Assembly: GCA_963666835.2 (NCBI GenBank)
Contig: CAXXGO010000001.1
Location: 1,600,001-1,664,000, forward strand
Length of the DNA stretch: 64,000 nucleotides
Direction: 5' to 3'
From: Phycisphaerae bacterium
GTDB taxonomy: Bacteria > Planctomycetota > Phycisphaerae > UBA1845
In this document: one piece after another, positions 1-9,177 of the stretch
How the letters are laid out: every line of letters starts with the position of its first letter
How positions within the stretch are numbered: the first letter of the stretch is position 1
The notes under the pieces: generated by a model
What the model was told of the DNA's origin: nothing
The model's database searches: none
What the model saw: the letters and a program-made list of their open reading frames with translations, nothing else
Translations under genes and position numbers: made by a program

Positions 1-47
1 TCTGCGGCACTCAAGACGCGCGGCCCTTGTCCGGCGCGGCGCACCAC
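1..47 (-). CDS. 5' end of an unknown gene running off the window
   Basis: GGAGGAG Shine-Dalgarno followed by GTG at 47 and an open frame to the window edge, just downstream of the protease gene. Confidence 0.3.
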   Translation of the reverse strand, partial: MVRRAGQGPRVLSAA

Positions 48-86
48 TACGCTTATCTCCTCCCAGTGAATCGCGCCGGCGGTGGT

Positions 87-938
87 TTAATCGGCGGCTT
101 GTCGGACCAGGCGGTCGATCGCTCGGCGGGTTGCGGCATCAAAGGGCTGGGCGTATCCGCGGGCGCGATCGGAACCGTCCGGGCCGGAGGCGGCGACGTT
201 GACACCGACCAGGCGGCCGTGTGCGTCGATCAGCGGTCCGCCGCTGAACCCCGTTTCGAGTTTCGTCGTGCTCTCCAGGAGGTTGTCGTACAGCCGCCGG
301 CCGGTGGGATCGAGTTGGTCCTGCAGCGATACCGACTCGTCTACAACAGTGCCGGTGCGATGGCAGCGCGGGCGATCATACCGCCGGGCGGCCAGGGCGA
401 TTACTATCGCACCCTCCGTAATCGGCTTGTCGGTTATTTGCAGTGCCCCGAGACTTCTTGCGTCGATTCTCAGAACGGCGAGGTCTCGCCTGTTGTCAAC
501 CAAGACTCGCTGAGCCGGATACGCCGATCCGTCGGGTAGAGTCACCGTGACCGTTTCCGCTCCGCGAACCACATGTTCGGCGGTTAGGATAATGCCTTCC
601 GCAGCGATGATGATGCCGGTACCTCCGGATCGGTGCGCTGTGGCGCGGAGGTTTGCGTCAGAGCTCCGAACGCCTTGGTCGCGCTCGAGAGTCGCTTGGA
701 TCCGGACCACGGATGCCATTGCTGCGCGGGCGGTTGCGTCGAGTTCGTCACGCAGTTCGTTCGTAAGCAGCGCCGAGTGAAGCGATGACACGGGCAGAAC
801 CGTGGCCGGCGGGTAAACGGTCCCGCCGGCGGTAACTGCCTGTGACCGGCAGGTCTGAATATCGGTCGTTACCGAAGATGCGCAACCTGAGGCCAGAACC
901 ATAGCGCATACAAGTAGATTCCTCAGGCTTCGCGCCAT
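87..938 (-). CDS. Trypsin-like (S1C/HtrA-type) serine protease, probable lipoprotein, no PDZ domain
   Basis: Motifs GTG..ILTAEHVV, DLAVLRI, GFSGGPLID; lipobox-like LASGC; ATG at 938 preceded by GGAGGG. Confidence 0.85.
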   Translation of the reverse strand: MARSLRNLLVCAMVLASGCASSVTTDIQTCRSQAVTAGGTVYPPATVLPVSSLHSALLTNELRDELDATARAAMASVVRIQATLERDQGVRSSDANLRATAHRSGGTGIIIAAEGIILTAEHVVRGAETVTVTLPDGSAYPAQRVLVDNRRDLAVLRIDARSLGALQITDKPITEGAIVIALAARRYDRPRCHRTGTVVDESVSLQDQLDPTGRRLYDNLLESTTKLETGFSGGPLIDAHGRLVGVNVAASGPDGSDRARGYAQPFDAATRRAIDRLVRQAAD

Positions 939-1314
939 CCATCCCCTCCGGCCGTTCAATTGCCGCGCGCCAATGCGCTCGGTCAGAGAAAGCATAGAAT
1001 ACGAAAGCGGCGGGTGACAAAACGGTGGCAGGTTCACCGCCGCTGTAATGCCGGTGCGGTCTGTATATGGGACCGCCCGAAAAGACCCCGCATTGGCGGC
1101 GGTTATTCGGGCAAGGCGGCGAGGGCGGGGCGGACCGATCTCATGCTCATCGGCATCGCGCCGTCACCGCATAGCCGGGAGTAAGTCCGCCATCGGCGGA
1201 CGCCGCCTGCGGACCCGCTTCGTAGGGCACGGTCGAGGAACGAGACCTGCCATCGATTTCTGAAAGAGGCTGGGCAGCGGAAACCGACGCATGGTTTATC
1301 GACGCCGTCACTTT

Positions 1315-1412
1315 CGCCCTGTCAGGGTGATTGGGATTGTTGGGTTCCCACCGGGGGCGGCGGCCGCTGCGCGGCCTTGCCCCCGGCTATCGTCTTGCAG
1401 GCTTTCAGCCTG
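1315..1412. repeat. REP-like composite palindromic element (three hairpins)
   Basis: CGCCCT-gtc-AGGGTG (1315-1329); CCGGGGGC..GGCCGC-tgc-GCGGCC..GCCCCCGG (1351-1386); CAGGCT-ttc-AGCCTG (1398-1412). Confidence 0.55.
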
Positions 1413-1662
1413 AACACCGAGCCGCTCGCAGCTTGCCACGTTGGGGAATGCGTCGCCGCGGAGTCGGACGGATACGCTTCGCTCGCCCGGCAAAGATGTG
1501 TAGAAGAGGCTCCACACCCCTGGCTCCACACTTTTGCTCCGGCCGGGGCAAGTCGTGCGATGGGCTAGTTCATCGCCGTTTCGGCTCGCCGCGATACGGT
1601 TCAGATCGAAGAGCCAAGTAGGCCGGGCTTTGCCCGACACACGCCTTCGGGTCGACGGTGCG

Positions 1663-3222
1663 TTACTCCAGCACTTGCCGAACGCAGTCGATTACGGTGC
1701 CGTCGACCCATTTGATTGCGGCCACGATCTTCTCGCCGAGCACCGGGGGGGCGGGCGGTCCGCCGCACAAGGCGTCGACCTCGGTCTTGATCTCCTCGAT
1801 GGATCGGATCGGCAGGCCCGAGCCCTTTACGGACTCGATCAGATCGGTCCGGCGGGGATTGATGGCGATACCGCGTTCTGTGACGATCACGTCGATCAAC
1901 TCGCCCGGTCCACACACGGTCGTCACGCGATCCACGATGACGGGGATCCGGTCGCGCATGGAAGGAATCGGCAGGATTACGCACTTGCCGGCCAGGCAGT
2001 TCTGCCAGCCACCGATGCCGTGCAGCAATCTGCCGTCCGAGTGGGTCACGACGTTGGCATTGAAGTGAACGTCGACTTCGGTGGCTCCCAACACGACGGC
2101 GTCGAGCATTGAGGCGAAGCAGCCCTTGCCGTGGAAGTTGTAGCTGGTGAACGGGCTGGTGTCCTGATGGCAGGGGTTCTCCCGCATGGAGCGTACACCG
2201 TCGAGATCGAAGGTCTGCCCGTCAAGGATGTAGTCGGCCAGACCCTCCTCGAGCATCTCGACCAGGTACTTGTTACTCCCCCCGCGAATGAAACGTGCCT
2301 TGATACCGGCTTCCTTCATCATCTCCTTGAGGTAGATGGCAAAGCCGAGCGACGTTCCCCCGGCACCGGCCTGGAACGAGAATCCATCCTTCATGATTCC
2401 GGAATCGCGTACGAACTGGGCGGTTAGCTCCGAGATCAGAAGGCGATCGGGACTCTTGGTGATCATCGTGGTCCCCGAAACGATTTTCTCCGGGTCCCCC
2501 ACGGAATCCATGACGACAACCTGATCCACGTTGTTGCCCTGGATCTGCCAGGGGATACACGGGAACGGAACAGGGTTGTCGGTGACGACGATTACATGGT
2601 CGGCGTAGATGGAGTCGGCCAGGGCGAACCCGAGCAGACCACACGCGGAAGGACCCGTCACGCCGTTGGCGTTGCCGAAGGCGTCGGCCGTGGGGGCGGC
2701 GATGACGGCGATGTCGATGTGGACTTCGCCGTCCTGAATGGCCTGCCAGCGCCCGCCGTGCGAGCGGAGCACGCCCATCCCGCGCATTCTTCCCGTTGCG
2801 CAGTAGTTGCCGAGCGGGCCGTTCATACTCCCCTCGATATGGTGGATAAGTCCACTTTCGAGGTGGTCGATGATCTCCGCTTGGCAAGGAAACGATGCGC
2901 TGGGGAACCAGCGCAGGTCCTTAACTCCCATCTGCGCGGCCGCCCGGAACACTTCGTTGGCGACTTTGTCGCCGTCGCGGAAATGGTGATGCGACGAGAT
3001 GGTCATTCCGTCGCGCAAACCCGCATTCTTCAGGGCCGTAGCTATGGAATCGACGATCTTGTTGCCATCTGCCGGATAGTCGGCGCAAGTACGAATGGAC
3101 GGGGCGGTTTTGTTCCCGGAAGGGCGGTACTTGCCGACGCCCATGAACGGGGTGGCCGGTCGCCCGTTGATTTCAGTAGGCACCATACGCCCGACGGCGT
3201 TTTCGATGAGTTTGTTAGTCAT
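1663..3222 (-). CDS. citF: Citrate lyase alpha subunit-like (acyl/CoA transferase)
   Basis: GLRDGMTISSHHHFRDGD, RSHGGR, IDIAVIAAPTADAFGNANG, FSFQAGAGG, DVIVTERGIAINPRR; start taken at MTNKL. Confidence 0.92.
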   Translation of the reverse strand: MTNKLIENAVGRMVPTEINGRPATPFMGVGKYRPSGNKTAPSIRTCADYPADGNKIVDSIATALKNAGLRDGMTISSHHHFRDGDKVANEVFRAAAQMGVKDLRWFPSASFPCQAEIIDHLESGLIHHIEGSMNGPLGNYCATGRMRGMGVLRSHGGRWQAIQDGEVHIDIAVIAAPTADAFGNANGVTGPSACGLLGFALADSIYADHVIVVTDNPVPFPCIPWQIQGNNVDQVVVMDSVGDPEKIVSGTTMITKSPDRLLISELTAQFVRDSGIMKDGFSFQAGAGGTSLGFAIYLKEMMKEAGIKARFIRGGSNKYLVEMLEEGLADYILDGQTFDLDGVRSMRENPCHQDTSPFTSYNFHGKGCFASMLDAVVLGATEVDVHFNANVVTHSDGRLLHGIGGWQNCLAGKCVILPIPSMRDRIPVIVDRVTTVCGPGELIDVIVTERGIAINPRRTDLIESVKGSGLPIRSIEEIKTEVDALCGGPPAPPVLGEKIVAAIKWVDGTVIDCVRQVLE

Positions 3223-3300
3223 TGCGTGTTTCCGTGGATAACGAAGCTTCAATCTTCAGCAACCGGCACTTCTCGTATGTGCCGTCGGCCCTTTCTTCGG

Positions 3301-4518
3301 CTAGTTGACTAACTTCATTGCCTTAGCTAGCTCTACCGTGTGTTGGGCGCGCTTTACCACCGGCGGATCGATCATCTTGCTGCCCAGCGATACTGCGGCC
3401 AGGCCCTTCTGCTGGGCTTCCTCGAAGGCGGCCACGATTCGTTGAGCCTTCTCCAACTCCGCCGCTGCCGGCGCGAAGGCCTCGTGGATGACCGCAATCT
3501 GCCGCGGGTGGATGCATCCCTTACCGTCAAAGCCGAGGGACTTGGCCTCCAATACGCTGGCTCGCAGGCCCTCCATATCCGCCACATCGGAATAAACCGT
3601 ATCGATCGGCTGCACGCGCGCCGCCCGCGCCGCGTTGACCACCTGGCAGCGAGCCCAGAAGCTCTCGCGGCCTTCGTCCGTTCGCTGCGTGCCGATGTCG
3701 GCTGTGTAATCTTCCAGGCCTATAGTCAAAGCGCAGACGTTGTCCGACGCAGTGGCGATCTCGTAAGCCCTGATGCACCCGAGAGCGCTTTCCACAATCG
3801 GCATCAAGAGCACCGTGCGGTCGATACCTTTGGCTTTCAGAATGCCCGCGATCTTCTCGTCGACTTGCCGCACCTGGTCGGGGTCTTCGACCTTCGGAAT
3901 CAGGATTACGTGAACATTATGCGGGGCGATGAAGTCGAGATCCTCGAGGCCGCGCCTGCCCTGGTTGATCCGAACCATCCGTTCGGCTCCATGGAAGTTC
4001 AGAGTTCGCAAGGCGTTACGAACCAACAGGCGGGCGGCGTCTTTCTCCGAAGGAGCCACACTGTCCTCCAGGTCGAGGATGACCCCGTCGGGACGGTGAA
4101 GCCCGGCGTTGATCATGAACTTCGATTCGTTGCCCGGCAGATAGAGCCGCGAGCGCCGAAAGCGGTTACGTTCCGTACCATACTCGGTACCGGGGGCGAA
4201 GTCGGGTATGTAGCCGTCCCCGACGTCAACTCCGGCGCGGCGAACGGCCGCTTCGACTCGCGCGGTGATAACAAACGGAAGAGCCCCGGTATCCTCGATC
4301 TCTACCTTGGCATTCTTTACGTTCAAGGCGTCCAGAACATCGCGAACCAACTTGCGAGTGACTTCGCCGTACATAGACTCGACCTTGGTTTTGAGATGCA
4401 GATCGATGCCCCCGGCTTCGGTCAGAGCGATCCGGACCCAGCAATCGGACCGGATATCCGGGCCGTAGCGACCCGCCTCGGCGGCTCCTGACGCGTTACA
4501 GTCTTTGGATGTCGTCAT
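3301..4518 (-). CDS. citE: Fusion of CitD-like (ACP, gamma) domain and CitE-like acyl-CoA lyase (beta)
   Basis: N-terminal ~95 aa resembles CitD (SDCWVRI..IDLHLKTKVESMYG..IEDTGALPFVITARVEAA); then RRSRLYLPGN, ILDLEDSVAP, LIPKVE, GFDGKGCIHPRQI, KMIDPPV. Confidence 0.88.
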   Translation of the reverse strand: MTTSKDCNASGAAEAGRYGPDIRSDCWVRIALTEAGGIDLHLKTKVESMYGEVTRKLVRDVLDALNVKNAKVEIEDTGALPFVITARVEAAVRRAGVDVGDGYIPDFAPGTEYGTERNRFRRSRLYLPGNESKFMINAGLHRPDGVILDLEDSVAPSEKDAARLLVRNALRTLNFHGAERMVRINQGRRGLEDLDFIAPHNVHVILIPKVEDPDQVRQVDEKIAGILKAKGIDRTVLLMPIVESALGCIRAYEIATASDNVCALTIGLEDYTADIGTQRTDEGRESFWARCQVVNAARAARVQPIDTVYSDVADMEGLRASVLEAKSLGFDGKGCIHPRQIAVIHEAFAPAAAELEKAQRIVAAFEEAQQKGLAAVSLGSKMIDPPVVKRAQHTVELAKAMKLVN

Positions 4519-4636
4519 TGTCGAAATTCCCGGTGTTCAATAGACAGTCATTAAGCTTGTTTCCCGGCGGGAGCGGCGATCGCCCGGCTACCGGATGATG
4601 ATGCCGCGATAGCCCGCGCGAATGCCGCCCGTCCGG

Positions 4637-5215
4637 CTACTCTATCAGCGTACCGTTCTCCATCATGACCAGCGGGTTGAAGGTCCCGAAATCCGCTTGG
4701 TGGATCAGCACCGTCTCGACCACCTGGGGACGACCGTCGCCCTCCTTCGCATGGCATGCGATGGTGTTGAGGGCTTTGTCCGGTAGACCGACCTCGTACG
4801 CTAAAGCCGTTCCGGAGATGGGGTGCCGCGCACACTTGCCGGAGAGGCTCTTGCGAAAACCCCCGTTCCCGTCCGGTTCGAACTCGAGCAACTTGCCGAC
4901 GTCGTGGAGCAGACCGCCGGCGAGAAGTCGGTCGAAGTCGATCTTATAAGGCATCTCGCGGTAGGCGCTTTCCTGTGCCTTGGCGAGTCCGAGCGCCCCC
5001 TCAGTGACCGCGATGGTGTGTTCGATGAAGTTCACTCCGCGCGTGTTGGTCAGAAGGGTAAACGGCATGGCCTTAAGATCATCGACGCTCTTCCAGCCGC
5101 CGCGCTCGCAGGCCAATACCCAGGCCTGCACCGTTTTGGCACTAAGGTCGGCGTCCTTGATTCGCTGGAGAATGCCTCCGAAGAGACCCTCAATGTCTTT
5201 GGCAGTAATCATCAT
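4637..5215 (-). CDS. HD-domain (HDIG-type) metal-dependent phosphohydrolase
   Basis: IEHT...LLHDVGK...HPISG...ACH...QADF pattern. Confidence 0.85.
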   Translation of the reverse strand: MMITAKDIEGLFGGILQRIKDADLSAKTVQAWVLACERGGWKSVDDLKAMPFTLLTNTRGVNFIEHTIAVTEGALGLAKAQESAYREMPYKIDFDRLLAGGLLHDVGKLLEFEPDGNGGFRKSLSGKCARHPISGTALAYEVGLPDKALNTIACHAKEGDGRPQVVETVLIHQADFGTFNPLVMMENGTLIE

Positions 5216-5273
5216 CTTACTCCGGGAGTTCTTTGCTCGTTGGGCGCCGTCGACCGGCGTCGCGCTGTCGGGC

Positions 5274-7259
5274 CTACCCGTTACCTCGATTCATCTCCGC
5301 CAGTTGGTCTCGAATGACTGCTTCGAACCCGCCCTTAACGACCAGTTCCTGAGCGATTTCGCCCAGCGGAGCGAAAGTGTACGTCTTGCCGTCGTATTCA
5401 ATTGCCGCGTTTACGAAATCCACCTTGGCGACTCGGCCGGTCCGAATGGTCGCGCTCTTATCGTCTGCGAATGCCTGCACGAGATCTTCTACCAGCTCCG
5501 GGCACTCTATCACGATATAACCGTTGTTGAAGGCGTTTCGCTTGTACGTCTGAGAATACGAACCGGCGATGACCATCTGCAGTCCGCGGTACTTCAGGGC
5601 GGTCGCGGCCTGTTCGCGCGACGACCCCGAGCCGAAGTTGTAGCCTCCGACCAACAGATCCCCCTCCTTGGCCAGCTCCTGGAACTTCGGGTCATAGTTC
5701 AACATGGCCTTGGAGCCCATTTCCGCCGGGGCAAGGTTGTCCTGATAGGTGAACTCCTTGCCGTAGATGCCGTCGGTGTTCATGTTGTCCTTCGGGACGA
5801 ACAGCAGCTCACCTTCGAGCGTCTTGGGGAACCCATCCAGAATCGTGGTTGCCTTGGATTCGGCTGGTGGTCTGGTCGCCGTACGTACCGTGCTCCCGCG
5901 CTTAAGGGCACTGCGCGATTCGTCCGCACTCATCCCACCCGGGGTCGGATCGGCAATCCTACCGGCGACCGCAGACGCCGCGACAACCGTCGGGCTGGCC
6001 AAGTACACTTGAGAATCCGGGGCGCCCATTCGCCCCTTGAAGTTCCGGTTGGTCGCGGAGATGCCGACCTGCCCACTGTCGAGCACCCCATCTCCCAGCC
6101 CGATGCACGGTCCGCACCCGGGTGGTAAGGCGATGGCCCCGGCGTCCAACAGAGTACCCCATGCTCCGGCTTGCCGGGCCTGCTCTTCAACCTCGCTGGA
6201 GGCGGCGGCAATGTAGAGCTTGACTCCGTCGGCAACACGTTTTCCGGCGATGACCTTGGCGGCGTCTACGAAGTCCTCCAGCCGCCCGTTCACACAACTG
6301 AGCAGGTACGCCTTATCGATCCTGACGTTGCGTTGCTCCATCTCCGGCAGCGGTACGATGGTCTTCACTTCGTTCGGCCCGGCCACGTGAGGAGTGACGG
6401 CCGCGAGGTCGAAGTCCAACTCCTTGGCATAGAAGGAATCGGCATCTGCCTGTGGTGCATCGGCGCTGATTCGTTCAACGATCTCGGCGGTCAGGCGGGG
6501 TTGGGCATCGCCGCGCTTCGCCATTACCTCTGCACGCTGGAGCAGGTAGCGGCGGGTGACGTCATCGAAGGGGAATACTCCCGCGAGGGCGCCCCATTCG
6601 GTACTCATGTTGGCTATGGCGATACGACCTTCCATGCTCAACTTGGCGATGCCGGGTCCGGCGAACTCCAGACAGCAGTTGAGCACTTCGTCGTTGTTGA
6701 AAGTGCCGATCAGCGCGATTACCACATCCTTGCCGCTGACGCCGGCACGAGGTTCACCCGTCAGGTTCACCCGAACGACGTCCGGTACTTGCCACCACGT
6801 CCGGCCTGTGGCCCAGATTGCGGCCGCATCGGTCCGGACCACGGGAGTCCCCAGCGCGGCCATCGCCCCGTATATATTGGAGTGAGAATCCGAGCCCACG
6901 ACGAACGTGCCGGGCAGGGCGAAGCCTTCTTCGATCATGATCTGATGTCCGATCCCACGACCGACCGGATAGAAGGCTACGCCGTTCTTCTTGGCGAACG
7001 CTTCGATCTTGGCATACTTCGCCAGATTCGCCTCGCTTTTGTTCTGGATGTCGTGGTCCAGGGCATACATCGGTTGTTCGGGATGGCACACGCGCTGCGC
7101 GCCCATACTCTCGAATTTGGGAATAACCGCGCCGGTATTGTCATGTGTCATGACGTGGGCGGGGCGGATGGACAGAAAGTCACCGCTACGAACGGTGTGT
7201 CCTTCCGGAAGCCCGACGGCGAAACGCTGGGCGATCTTCTCAACCAGATTGGATCCCAT
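5274..7259 (-). CDS. lysF: Homoaconitase, fungal Lys4/LysF type, single chain
   Basis: N-terminus NLVEKIAQRFAVGLPEG..SGDFLSIRP.HVMTHDN, DHDIQNKSEANLAKY, GRGIGHQIMIEEG, TPVVRTDAAAIWATGRTWWQVP matches fungal Lys4 as I recall it; Fe-S Cys in LSCVN and CGPCIG; swivel domain NFGSGSSREQA. Confidence 0.85.
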   Translation of the reverse strand: MGSNLVEKIAQRFAVGLPEGHTVRSGDFLSIRPAHVMTHDNTGAVIPKFESMGAQRVCHPEQPMYALDHDIQNKSEANLAKYAKIEAFAKKNGVAFYPVGRGIGHQIMIEEGFALPGTFVVGSDSHSNIYGAMAALGTPVVRTDAAAIWATGRTWWQVPDVVRVNLTGEPRAGVSGKDVVIALIGTFNNDEVLNCCLEFAGPGIAKLSMEGRIAIANMSTEWGALAGVFPFDDVTRRYLLQRAEVMAKRGDAQPRLTAEIVERISADAPQADADSFYAKELDFDLAAVTPHVAGPNEVKTIVPLPEMEQRNVRIDKAYLLSCVNGRLEDFVDAAKVIAGKRVADGVKLYIAAASSEVEEQARQAGAWGTLLDAGAIALPPGCGPCIGLGDGVLDSGQVGISATNRNFKGRMGAPDSQVYLASPTVVAASAVAGRIADPTPGGMSADESRSALKRGSTVRTATRPPAESKATTILDGFPKTLEGELLFVPKDNMNTDGIYGKEFTYQDNLAPAEMGSKAMLNYDPKFQELAKEGDLLVGGYNFGSGSSREQAATALKYRGLQMVIAGSYSQTYKRNAFNNGYIVIECPELVEDLVQAFADDKSATIRTGRVAKVDFVNAAIEYDGKTYTFAPLGEIAQELVVKGGFEAVIRDQLAEMNRGNG

Positions 7260-7262
7260 CTG

Positions 7263-9080
7263 TCAGTCCTTTCCACCGGCTAAAAGCCCGCCGCGCCGAT
7301 AGATGGCCAACTGGGCTTCCGGAAATGCAAGACCTTGAATTCTCTCAGTGCCGGTCGTTCGCGTTACGGTTCCGGACTCGAAATCCACTTCGAGATCCTC
7401 GCCGTTTTCGATACTAGTGCTCAAGGCGTCGGCGCAAAGGACGGCGAGTCCGGCGTTGATGGCGTTACGTTCGTAAATAGCGCCGAACGACTCCGCCACG
7501 ATCACCGAGACGCCGAGGGCTTTGAAGCAGTCGACGGCCTGCTGTCGCGAACTTCCGCACCCGAAGTTCTTTCCTGTCACGATAATGTCACCCGGCTTGA
7601 CCTTCCTAGAGAAATCCTCCCACCCGTCGAGGTTGCCGAAGGCATACTGCTTCATCTCCTCCGGGTCGGTCACGGTCAGGTGCCGGTTGTGGTAGATCAT
7701 ATCTGTATCGATATTGTCCTGCCGGATCACCCACGTCCGACCTTGGACCTTCGTTGGGTGGGCGGAGTCCCCGGCCGCCGAGCGTTTGCCCGGCGCGGCG
7801 CCGGCTGCCGCAGGCTTCTCGAACTGCACGGGTTGGTCGGGGATTTTGTCGGCCGTGGTGATTACCCCGGCTACCGCCGAGGCTGCCGCCGTCTGCGGCG
7901 AGGCAAGGTACACGAGCCCCTTGCCCTGCTTGCCCGGGAAGTTCCGATTGCCCGTGCTGACGGTGGTCTCTCCGGGGCCGTTCTGACCGATTTGCCCCGC
8001 GGCGCATCCCGCGCATCCCGCGTTGCCCAACAAGGCCCCGGCATCTTTGAATACCTTAATCAGCCCTTCATCGAGCAGCCGCCGCCAGACGACATCCGTG
8101 GCCGGGACGATCTTCAGCACTACCCCCGGAGCCACTGTTCGGCCCGTGAGAACGTCCGCCGCCGCGGCGAGGTCCTCGTACCGCCCATTGGTGCATGACC
8201 CGATGAACACCGAGCCCACCTTGGTGCCGGCAGCTTCCGTAACCGGGACGACGTCGTCCGGACGTCCGGGCCGGGCGATCATCGGTCCGACGCCGCCGAT
8301 ATCGACGACAACCTCGTCCGAATACACGGCGTCCGGATCCGCGAAGACCGGAGTGACGTCACGTCCCGCTGCCTTGCGGCAGTAATCGAGGACTTTTTGA
8401 TTGGGGGGGAACAGCATGATGATCCCGCCCATTTCCGTACACATTGACGCCAGCGTGGCGCGCCCGGCCAGATCGAGCTGGTCGACATAGGGGCCATAGA
8501 ACTCCGCGGCCAGTCCGAGCAGTCCGTTAGCGCCGAAATGGCCAACGAGTGCCAGAGTGACATCCTTCGGCGCGGCGCCTTCGGCCGGCATGCCCTTCAG
8601 GGTGACCTTGATGGTCTTGGGGACCTTGAACCAGACCGTCCCATGGGCAAACGCGTGGGCGATGTCCTGATCGCCCATCCCCTGACCAAATGCGCCGATC
8701 GCGCCCAGGATGTTGGCGTGGGAGTCCGTTGAAACGAGGGTGCCGCCCGGGCCCACCAACCCAAGATCGATGGCTAAGTGCGTTCCGATCCCCGCGTCGA
8801 TGTCGTGTACGGTGATTCCGTGCTCCCGGGCGAAGACGCGGCAGAGCTGCTGGTTCTTGGCATAGTTCTGATCCGAACCGCCCGGGTTGCAGTCGAAGGT
8901 GAAGAAGGTTTGCGCCGGTTCGGCCACCGGGAGCTCGTTGTCCCGGATGTTCTTGACTACGTTGGCGCCTCCGAAATCGCGGGCGATCCTAGCGTCGATA
9001 GCCAGATCGACCACTTCTCCGGCTTTCGCCGGTTTTGCGGAGTGTTCGGTGATGATCTTCTCGATTAACGTCTGTCCCAT
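7263..9080 (-). CDS. Aconitase-family dehydratase, LeuC/HacA-like and LeuD/HacB-like subunits fused
   Basis: DSH, FIGSCTNGRYEDL, CAGCAAG, STGNRNFPGKQG, YLASP; C-terminal NIDTDMI, NFGCGSSRQQA. Confidence 0.88.
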   Translation of the reverse strand: MGQTLIEKIITEHSAKPAKAGEVVDLAIDARIARDFGGANVVKNIRDNELPVAEPAQTFFTFDCNPGGSDQNYAKNQQLCRVFAREHGITVHDIDAGIGTHLAIDLGLVGPGGTLVSTDSHANILGAIGAFGQGMGDQDIAHAFAHGTVWFKVPKTIKVTLKGMPAEGAAPKDVTLALVGHFGANGLLGLAAEFYGPYVDQLDLAGRATLASMCTEMGGIIMLFPPNQKVLDYCRKAAGRDVTPVFADPDAVYSDEVVVDIGGVGPMIARPGRPDDVVPVTEAAGTKVGSVFIGSCTNGRYEDLAAAADVLTGRTVAPGVVLKIVPATDVVWRRLLDEGLIKVFKDAGALLGNAGCAGCAAGQIGQNGPGETTVSTGNRNFPGKQGKGLVYLASPQTAAASAVAGVITTADKIPDQPVQFEKPAAAGAAPGKRSAAGDSAHPTKVQGRTWVIRQDNIDTDMIYHNRHLTVTDPEEMKQYAFGNLDGWEDFSRKVKPGDIIVTGKNFGCGSSRQQAVDCFKALGVSVIVAESFGAIYERNAINAGLAVLCADALSTSIENGEDLEVDFESGTVTRTTGTERIQGLAFPEAQLAIYRRGGLLAGGKD

Positions 9081-9177
9081 GATGTTGCCTCGCTTGGCTG
9101 GACGGCCTTTCGATCCGTCAAGTCGTGGACGGGTGGTGTATTACCCGACGCCGACCACGGTTTGTTCCTTCTTTCGC

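Noticed and set aside
1308..1640. 110-aa ORF downstream of citF
   Set aside because: It overlaps the palindromic element and has no protein-like features.
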